Source of the DNA: an uncultured Verrucomicrobiae bacterium
GTDB lineage: Bacteria; Verrucomicrobiota; Verrucomicrobiia; Chthoniobacterales; JAATET01
Length of the DNA: 64,000 nucleotides
Assembly: GCA_963719495.1 (NCBI GenBank)
Contig: CAVRCI010000013.1
Coordinates: 128,001-192,000, forward strand
Reading direction: 5' to 3'
Part shown: positions 47,675 through 57,500 of the stretch, in pieces
Position numbering within the stretch: the first letter of the stretch is position 1
Layout: every line of letters starts with the position of its first letter
Translations under genes and position numbers: made by a program
The notes under the pieces: model-generated
Database searches by the model: none
Seen by the model: only the letters and a program-made list of their open reading frames with translations
What the model was told of the DNA's origin: nothing

Positions 47675-48577
47675 TCACTTGTCGGGCGGAGTTTGAGCGG
47701 CCCGTTCCGAGCGGGCTGTCGCTAGGCGCCGACGGCCTTCCGCGAGTTCAGCCTCCGACATCTCGAGTTCCAAGCCGACCAGAATTTTCGAAGCCGTGAT
47801 CTCGCCCTGGTCTGCGCTGAGCGAAAGCCATTTGAAAATTTCCGAGCGATCACGTTCTCGAGCGGATTCTTCGAACAGGACTCGACCGAGATTACTTTGC
47901 GCCTTGGCGTCGCCGGCTTCAGCCGCCGCGAGGTAAAGTTCCGTTGCCCGCTCCCGGTCGACCTCACCGCCCAAGCCCTGCTCGAACAGGACACCGAGCG
48001 CGTTTTGTGACCACGCGTCGCCACCCTCAGCGGCCTTCGCAAGCCATTTGCGCGCCTTGAAATTGTCCTGCTCGAGAGCTCCGGAGCTTTCGAGATAGAG
48101 TCGCCCCAACTCGCGTTGGGCGGCGGTGTAGCCTGAGTCTCCCGCCCGCGTGTAATACGCGACGGCGGCTTCCAGATCCTGATCAATTCCGATCCCGCGT
48201 TCCGAGAGCTGCCCGAGCACGAACTGCGACAACACGGCACCGCCGTCCGCTGCCTTTTGATACCAAATCACCGCCTCGGTCTGATCGGCGGGCACCCCGC
48301 GGCCTTGGAACAGCGCCGCCGCGTAATTGTTCTGCGCCTCGACCGAGCCATTCTCCGCCGCCCGCCGAAACCACTCCGCCGCCTGGGCGTCGTCTTGCTC
48401 GACCCCGTCTCCCGCAGCATACATTTTCCCGCGTTTCAATTGCGACTCCGCATCCCCGATTCGGGCGGTCGCCTCGGGTTCGGCTGACTGGAGATCAACC
48501 GGACCTTGGCCGAGCGGGCCAAGAAGTATCCCGAAGGTCAGGGCGGAAAGCGCGTGCTTGAGGCGGAAGCGTTTCAT
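47675..48577 (-). CDS. Sel1-repeat (TPR-like) periplasmic protein
   Basis: Repeated G.GV.QD...A..W...AA..G...AQ..LG units plus a signal peptide. Confidence 0.93.
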   Translation of the reverse strand: MKRFRLKHALSALTFGILLGPLGQGPVDLQSAEPEATARIGDAESQLKRGKMYAAGDGVEQDDAQAAEWFRRAAENGSVEAQNNYAAALFQGRGVPADQTEAVIWYQKAADGGAVLSQFVLGQLSERGIGIDQDLEAAVAYYTRAGDSGYTAAQRELGRLYLESSGALEQDNFKARKWLAKAAEGGDAWSQNALGVLFEQGLGGEVDRERATELYLAAAEAGDAKAQSNLGRVLFEESARERDRSEIFKWLSLSADQGEITASKILVGLELEMSEAELAEGRRRLATARSERAAQTPPDK

Positions 48578-48594
48578 TGTTGCTCGAGAAATAC

Positions 48595-51500
48595 CTAGCG
48601 GGCGGCGGGTTCCGGCGTCGGCGTCGGTTCCGACGATGCGGAGACCGCCCCACCGCCGTAGCCCACGACTTCGACGACGAAGATGGACGGCGCTTCTTCA
48701 CGCGGCGCCGCTGTCGGTTGGAAATTTCCGGCCGCGTCGTCGGCGCTGCTCTGCGCCGCACCCGCCGTGCCCGCCGCGCTGGTGAGACCGCCGACGTTGG
48801 GCGCGCTGACGACAGCCGGAGCGGGTGCGCCGGTCGTCGTGCCACCGGCCACGGAGTTACCGGCGTTCCGGAACTCCGTTGCCGCAACCGTCAGGTTGCC
48901 GGTCGCCCGAATTCCCGCGTCACCCGCGTCGACGACACCAACGGGAGCGATGAGATCGACGTCGCCGGGCGGAATGCCCCTGACCGTCGCCAGGACGCCA
49001 ATTCCGCCGCCCGTCGCCAAGCCGGCCAGATCGGTCTGCACATCGGCGCTCGACGGATCGAGCAGCACGCGGGTTGGCGGCGCGGACTGCACCGTCTTCG
49101 CCGACGATCCGGCGGCGATGTCTCCGGTCGAGGACCAGATGATTTGATTGCCGCCGCGCAGCGTGAAGATCCGACCGATTCCGATGTCAACGCTGTCGTC
49201 GGTGAAGACCGAAATATCACCACCGCTTTCGGTCACGATCCCCGGGGGAACGAGGGCCGCGCCGAGGGTGGAATTCGCGAGCGTAAGTCCGCCGCCCGGC
49301 GCCAGGAGCTGAATCCCCCCGCCGCTCCGCGTCCGAACGTCGCGGGCGCGGGTCAGCAACTCACCGCGGTATCTCCCATTGAACAGCGCGTCGATCGCCT
49401 CAAATCCACGGTCGTAATTCTGGAACGTCGGACTCGCCGGATCGACCGCTCGGCGACCCGTGGTCCGCAGCACGTCGTAAAAGACATCGAGCGCGAGCTG
49501 ATTCCGCCGGACGTTCGGAAGCGCCAGGAATTCCTCCAGCGTCAAATCGCCCAGTCCGCCCAGTCCGCCCAGTCCGCCCGCCGCGGTCGTGGCGGTCGGA
49601 TCATCGACATCCTCGAAAAGGAACGCCTCGATGAACGCGTCGAAGTCGAGGTTCGATCCCGCGAGACCCTCCGCCGTCTCGCGCAATCCGGCGATCGCGA
49701 TCACGCTCGAACCCGTGAAAGGCAGCGCCGCGTTGCGGGAGTTGCCCAGCGTCGTGATGCCGACGCCCGTGCCGTCGGCGTTGTTTTCTCCGGTGCCGAG
49801 ATCAAGGTCGCGTCCAGCCAGAATCTCGAGCACACCGGGGCCGCCAAGCTGAATGTCACCCGCGAGCGGCACCTCGCCGAGGTTGAGCTGGTTGCCGCTC
49901 GCGACAGCCGCCGAACGCCCGGGCGAATTTGCATTGTAAAGGAGAATGTCGCGCCCCGCCGAGATCACCGTCGTGTCGGTCTCGCTGGTCTGCTGCAAAT
50001 AGAACGAGACGTCCGTGATGTCCCGCCCGGCGAAGATCCGGGTGACCTTCGGACTGAATAGCGTCAAGCCTGAGATGCTCCCGTTGCTCGCGTAGAGGCG
50101 CACCGGGTCCGGGTCGTCCCGGTGGAGGAGATCGGACGAATGCAGCGCCTGCCTGGTCTGCAGGTCGAGAGTGGGAGCGCCCGTCTCGGCGAACAGCGCG
50201 TTCACGAAGAAGAGAAAATCGTCACCCGATTGGCGCGCCAAGCCCGTCGTGCCGACGAGGCTCTGATACGCAAACGGACTCTCGATCCCGGGAACGTTCG
50301 CCGGATCGGCGTCCGATACGATGATCCGGCTGGAGCCGAAGCCAACCACCGGCGCGCCGTTGACCGTCGTCACACCCTGGGGCTGGAGACCGTTGATCGC
50401 ACCCCCGGCGATGAGTTCCAGCGTCCCGTTCGGCGCGGGCGCAAGCGTGAGATCGCCCGCGACGTTGATGTCACCCGAGAAGGCCGTGACTCGTAGCGTC
50501 GGCGGTTTCAAGCCAACGACGGTCGAGAACGAAGCCACGCTTGTCTCGTTCAGGCGGAGCCACGGTTGAAACGTCGAGGCCGTCGTTCGCTGGGCGTCGA
50601 AGACCAGGACATTCTGGAACCACGCGAGCAGCGTCGGCGTGCTGCCGCCGGCCCCAACGGTCGGGAGCACAACGCTCTCGCGCAGCGTCACCGACCCGCC
50701 GAGTGAAGTCACGTCGACCGCGCTCTTTGGGTCGTAGGTCGAGAAATACGACTTATACCAATACGTGTTGTTGTAACCGCCGGGCAGGAGGAACGGATTG
50801 GCGACCGGTCCGAGCAGGATGTCGCCACGGGCTCGCACGTCGAAGCTTCCCTTGCCAAGAAACAGCGTCGTCGGGAGCCACGTCAACTCGTCGAGCGGTG
50901 CTTGGTTTGCAAAGACCCCGACCGACGGCGAGCGACTCGAATTCGTCCGAATCTCGCTGCCAGCATCGAGCAATCCGCGGCCACGCTCGACGTAGTAGAC
51001 GCCGCCATCGATCGCGTTGCCGGCCCGCACGGTGAGGTCGCCTCCGCCCAACTCGACGAGTGCGTCGGCGTTGGGGATTCCCTTGGGCGACCGTGCGTTG
51101 GTCGGCACAACGGCGTCGACGTTCGTCACGTTGTTCCCAGCAAGCAGCGAGACATTCCCGCCCCCGAGGGCGCCGACGCCCTCGAAGAAATTGCTGAAAT
51201 CCACCCACCAACTCGTCGACAGAATTTGCGGGAAGGTCGGCCCGTCGAACCGCCCAGCCCCGAATGCCCCCGTCTCCGGATCGACGAACCCGACGCGGTA
51301 GAGCCAATTGATCGGCAACTGCCGGCTTGAATCGGTCAGCAGCGTCACGCCATCGAAGTCGAGGCGGTAGCGCGCAATGTCGCGCCCGGCCTCGAGCGTG
51401 ACGTCGCCGCCGCCCATCGTGAACTGCGGCTGGTAACCCGGGTTTTGCTGCACCGCCCCGAGGAAAAACTGCCCGCCATTCGCGTTGAGGAACGGCACGT

Positions 51501-54500
51501 CGTAGGTGCCGCCCAGCGTCGCGTCAGCCACCTGCGTGCCGACCGTGTAGATCGACGCGATTTGATTCAGTAGTTGAATGTCCCGCCCGGCGACGATGTC
51601 GATATCGCCGCTGCCCGTGCGAATGACTTGAAAAGAGCGCGGGATCGTGTTTCGCGTCGAGGCGTTCGATCCGGAAGGAAACGCCGCCCCGGTCCCGGTC
51701 GGCTTGCCAATTTTAAACGACCCCTTGTCAGCCGCAAGCAGACCCAGCGCAAGGACCCGACTGAAATCCGCCGCGGTGAAATCCGCGCCCGCCGCCAACC
51801 GGTAGCTCCACGATTGCGCGTTGAGCGGCACCTCGGGGTTGCGCTCGACGAGGCGCGAATTGAAGGCACTCGTGAAGAACCCGTCGCTCAGCGTATTGAA
51901 GAAAACGAGATCCTCCGATGCCCGCAACGTCAGGATGCCCGGGACGCTCCGCGGGCCGAAACGGAAAGTCGCGAGATTCCAATCGTTGTTCTGCGGCGAA
52001 AATTCCGAGCCGAGCCGCAGGTCGCCCGTGCGGTTCACGATCTCGACACCGGGCCGGATGGTGAGGATCGATCCGAGAGCCCCGTCGTCTCCGACGAGCC
52101 GGGTTCTCATCGCCCCGTAGTTCGCCGATTCCGTTCCGGCCGCACCGAGGAAGGTGGCCGCGTCGCTGTTGATCGTGTTCCGCAGCCCGGTCGTGATCTC
52201 CTCACCCACCCCGGTAAGGTCGTAGAGCCGGTAACCCTCGGCGATGACGCTCGACGCGCCGCGGATTTCCCCCGCAATCGCGGCGATGGCCAGATCGTCA
52301 CCTGCCGCCGTGCGCGGAGCCCGCAGGTGCAGGGTGCCCGTGAACCAACCCCGATCCTCCTGGCTATTCTCCCGCGCCTGGGCGACCCGCAAATTGATCA
52401 GCGACCCGCGAAGGATTTCGATCTGACCCGTCTCGTCGATCACACCGTCGATCTGGGAACCGGCTTCGAGCAACACCGAGCCACCCTTCCCGGCGGCGTC
52501 AAATTTTTTCCCGGACGCGTCCAACACCGCCCCGTCCGCCAGCACCACGCTCCCGGAGGCCTTCAGCTCGATGCGCCCACCCGTTACCCCCGACGCATCG
52601 ATCCGCCCGGCCACGCGGATCGACCCCGCGTCGGTTGCCAAACGGTAGACCGCCGCCTTCGCTTCTCCATCAATGCGCACGTCGCCCGAGCGAATTCGAT
52701 AATCCCGCAGGGCGTTGAAGTTCGCGATGTTCAGGACCTCATCCAGCCCGCCGAGATTTTCGATTTCCGACACGTCGAGTTGGAACGAACCACTCGCCCC
52801 ACGTCGGCTACCCCCACCTAGCAGGGTCCCGCCCGCCACGAAATCACCCAGCCCCGCCTCGACGGCGATCCGCCCCGCGTCACCCCGCCGCGGATCCGAG
52901 GAGACGTCGATCACGCTGTCTTCGCCGAGCAACACCGAACCCCGGTCCGAGATCAACGAAACGTTCCCGGCGTCGGTGAAGCGAACGATGTCGTAGATCG
53001 AGATCCGCCGACCCGAGACGTCCAGGCGTCCTCCCACCGTCACGTCCCCCTCGGTTGCCCGTAACGTGAGCAGTCCACTGGGCAGCGAGATCGCGGAGTC
53101 GGCGCGCACGCTGGTCCCCGTGATCGACAGATTCGCCCCCAGGCCGCCCGAACCCGGGCGCGCCTTCCCGCCCGCCGCCAGGAGCGCCACGTCACCCGCC
53201 GCCGTGATCGTGCGGATTGCGGACCGTCCGCCACTGATGCTCGGCGTCGTCACCGTCAGCGTTCCGTCCGTCGTGAGGGCTCCTTCGCCCGTGAAGCGCA
53301 AACGACGGTCAGCCGTGAATTCGAGCGTCGCAAAGTCGCGGAAGGCCAGGTCGTTGGCCGCGAGTTCGATCGTGCGCCCGGTGAAGGCCAACCCGCCCCG
53401 CGGCGGCTCGGGAACCTCACCTTCCACCGCCGCGGCGGGTTCCGGCACGGTCACGTTGCCGGCGTTGCCGAGCAGAACGCTGTCCGCGAAAAAGCGAGCC
53501 GGGCGTTTCCCCGTCTGGAAGCTCCGGATCTCACCCGCATTGATGGAAAGAAAATCCCCACCCCGGAATTGCCCCGACCCGTAGACGTCGAACGTCGAAT
53601 AGCTCAACAGTGACAGCGATCGGGCATCGCCGAGCTGTCGCAGCAGTCGCCCACGCAGGATGAGACCCACCGTCGGCTCGATCTTACCCGGTTTGCGGAG
53701 GGCCACCGTGATCTGACCACTGTTCAGCCCGATGGATTCGCCCTCGATGACCGCGCGACGCGCTAGCGTCGTCGAGTAGGTCGAATCCAACAACACACTC
53801 GTGCCCGAGATCACCGATCCGCGGCCCACGAAGAGCGAGGGTTCGCGGGAAGGAGTCACCCCGGTCCGCAGGGTCGTCGCGTCGAAGTCGCTGCTTACCC
53901 GCACCAGCACGCCGTCCCGCCGCAGGAGTAGCCGATCCGCTTCGCCACCCAACGATCCGCGTTGGATCACCGACGAACCCGGTGCCAGCGTGATCAAGCG
54001 ATTGGCGGAAAGAACGATCTCCGGCCCGACCAATGGCGTGCCCGCGTTGTCGAGGAAGATCCCGCTCGAGAGCGTTCGCACGAACGTGCCGTTGGCGACA
54101 TCGATCCGCTCCCCACCGAGGAAGAGACTCTCGGCGTCGAAGCTGTTGAGCAGTGAAGCTCGAATCCGGGCGACCGCGGTCTCCGGTTGTCCGAAGGTGC
54201 CCACGCCGAAGAGATCCGGTGGGAATTCCGCCGTGGCGGTGTCGATCCCGCGTCCCGTGACCAGGATGTTGAGGGGTGTGCTGATGTCGATCCGGGCGCC
54301 ACGCCCGCCCATTGGTGCCGACCCCAGCACCCCGCCACGCACGACCAGGCGATCCAGGCCCTGTAGCACCAGGCGTCCGGCGTCGATCGGCAGTCGCGGC
54401 ACGTCGACCTCGAGCGCCCGAGCGCGATTGCTCAGGAAGCGGTTCGCCGTGAGCAGACGATACTCGGCCCGATTCAGCACGTTGCCACGATCCAGGACTT

Positions 54501-57500
54501 CAAACGACGAGAAGACCGTCGGCACGTCGCGGTCACGATTCAACCCATTGTAGCGGTAGCCCGAGACCAGCCGCGTCCCATCCGGCTGCGCGAGGGTCTC
54601 CAGGCGCGGGTCCGTCGAGCGCGGCGTCACGAGGACGGCACCGGGAAGCAACGCGTAACGCGGCGGCAGGAGCGTGTAGTCTCCCTCCGGCAGCGCACTG
54701 CTGGCATTCAGAAACACCCGGTCGCCCGCGCTCAACGTCCGGCTCAGGTATCCCGGATCACTCGCGATGTCCGGCGCGTTCGTCGAACGGCTAAACGGCG
54801 CGAACGGCGCGACCTCACCTTGGAATTCAGGAACGACCGCAAACCGCTCCGGCACCGCCGTCCAAAACAGGTTCGGCTCCGGCGCGACGCCCATACTGTC
54901 CTGCCGCGCCGAGAAGGTTATCCCGTCGAAAGTCACCAGGTCGCCCGCCTCGTAGTCCTGACCCGCCGACCAAGCGCCGGGTGCCGTCCCCAGCAGATCC
55001 ACCGATCCGCCCTGACCCGCCACGAAGCGATAGGCAAACAGATCGCCGCCCCCGCGGAGATCGATCAGCGAGTCACGCGCGGTCGCCAGACTCGACGCGC
55101 CAACGCGCACTGACTTCGTCGGCACCCCGCCCGCCGTGATGTCGAAGCCCGCCGGGTCGAAGAACGACGTGTCGTTGACGTTCAACCCATAGGGGATCAG
55201 CAAGGCTTCGCCGGTGAGCGGGTCCACCGCCGAGGTGGAAGTCGTGCTACCCCGTCCCAGCACGAGCCGCCTCGTCACCGGGACGGGCAGAGTATTTCCG
55301 GTCAGCAAATCAACCGGCACGGTCCCCGTGCCGTCGAAGCCGAGCGAGATCGAGCCAATCGGAGCCCGCAAATTGCCACCCTGCTCGATGACCGTCGCGT
55401 AGGCGTTGAGGCTGCCCCCCGCCGAGAGCGGAAGCGGCGACGTCCCGCTCGCGAAAAATTGAATGAGACCTTCCTTTGCCACCACGCGCGACGGCAGCGG
55501 CAACCTCGGCTGGTCCGGCGGGATCACGAACTCCGTCGGGATGACGTTCCGGTCTCGGCCCACGAAGTCGTAGGCGAAGATGTTGAAATCCGCTCCCGTT
55601 GTCGGGTAGATCTGGTTCGCGTTCATCACGATCCGGCCCGCGATGCTGAGCGTCCCGTTGCCCCGAATGTCGCCCCCTTCGGCGATGAAACTCGCCCGCC
55701 GAATCGTCTGGAGCGACAGGTTGCCGATGTCGATCACGCGCCCTCTCACGGTCAGCTTTCCGCTACCCGTGGTCGGAGCGAAGAAGAACGGTGAACCCAG
55801 GGAATTAAAGACACTCGTCGCCAGCGCGTCGTCGGCGCGGACCGGGGGCGCGAACGGCGTGCCAATCTCGACGTAAGGCGCCCGCAGATCGACGTCGCCA
55901 TCGGCGTAGATCACGCCCCCGCTCGCCACCGTAATCCGCCGACCCGCGTCCAGCCGCACGTCCCCGCGGAATTCGACCGTCCCGTCCAGCGTGAGCGATT
56001 CGAATCCCCCCTCCTGAAAGCGATCCGCCGTGAAGCGTCCGAAGGCGTCGAGCTTGTTGCCGTTGCCGTCCCGCACGGGATTCCCGATCACCTTCCGATC
56101 ATCGCTCCGCAAAAAGACGATGGGGGAGAACACCGCGTTCGGGTCGAACGCCGGGATCGCCCGGTCGCTTTGCGAGACCTGCAACGTCACGTCCGTCGGC
56201 AAACGCTCGAGGTCATTCGCATCGTAGAACCGCCCCGACGAGACGTTAACCTCACCCCCGAGGGCCGTCGGCCCGCCCCGCCGCCCGATGAGAGTCGAAT
56301 CGACAAAGAGCAATTCCCCACCCTCGAGGTTGATCGTTCCCGCGTCGCTGTCGAGCTGCACCGGGACCGTCCGGAAGGCGAAGAGCGGCGAGTTCAAACC
56401 ACTCGTCTGCGGGATCAACGGCCCGTCCACCGGACCCCGGCCCAATCGGGAATTCAAGCCAAGGACCGCCGGCGCGACGTCGATCGTCGTCCGCGCGCCC
56501 GACACGTCGAGCACCGACCCCGCCGCGGCGTAGACGTTGCCCGACAGATTGATCGTCCCACCCGGGAGCACGAAACCCGTCCGGTTGCCGAACGCGTTGA
56601 ACGTGCGGATCGCCGTTCCCTCCGTTGAAAGCCGCGCGCCCGGCGCGATGAAAACCGTCGCAAACGCCTCGGTCGGTGCCGCGTCGCGGGACGGCAAACT
56701 GTCCGCGCCGTCGACCGTGATCGTCCCACCCGGCGCCGTGATGCCACCCCGCACCACGATCGTATCGCCCTTCAAACTCACCGACGCTCCCGGGTCGGTC
56801 CGGATCGACGCCCCCGCCCCCATCACGAGATCACCCCGCACCGACAGCGACTGCAGGAACGTGTCCCTGGCCCCCAGCGCCGTGAAGGCAAGACTCACCG
56901 GTGTGCGGTCCGACAGCCGGTCGACCTGCCGCTGCACGCGGACCGGTTCGTCCCTCACCGCGAAAGCCTGCAAGTTTTGCGCCACCGGAGCCAGCTCGGT
57001 CCCGGCCGCGATCACGACCGCCGGGCGGTAGACGATCGGCTTGTCTGGATCCCGGTCCCGCACGAAATCCTCCAGCGAAAACGTCCCAAAGTTTCCGATC
57101 GTAAACGTCGCGTCCACGCCGATGCCAGCCAGCGAGAAACTCCCGAACCCACCCTCGTCAAAGAACGACGGATCCAGCACCAGCTTCCCCGGTCGCCGCG
57201 GCTCCCGGCCGACCCGGACCAGCGTCGACCGTAGCTCCAGCGCTCCGCCTTTTGCGCCCGAGAATCCGAGAAGCTCGCCGCCAAGTCGCAGATCGCCACC
57301 GGTTACACCGGTCAGATTCGGATCGCGGCCCGCGAGGATGGCGATCCGGCCGGCATCGCCGTAGTCGATGTCCGCGTCCGCATTCACCACCAGACCGCCC
57401 GACACGTCGACCACCGACCCGCCCCGCATCCGCGCCGTGAACGCCTCGATCAGGATCTCGCCCCCATCCGTTCGCAGCGGCAACGACCGCCGACTCGCCG

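Noticed and set aside
48595..49200. CDI toxin/immunity interpretation of the FHA C-terminus and Sel1 gene
   Set aside because: No VENN-type pre-toxin motif or toxin domain. The C-terminus is DUF3739-like and the next gene encodes an exported Sel1 protein.
49549..49580. 9-bp tandem repeat (GGL)n inside the FHA gene as a phase-variation switch
   Set aside because: The unit is a multiple of 3, so slippage would not shift the frame. It is probably a simple linker.
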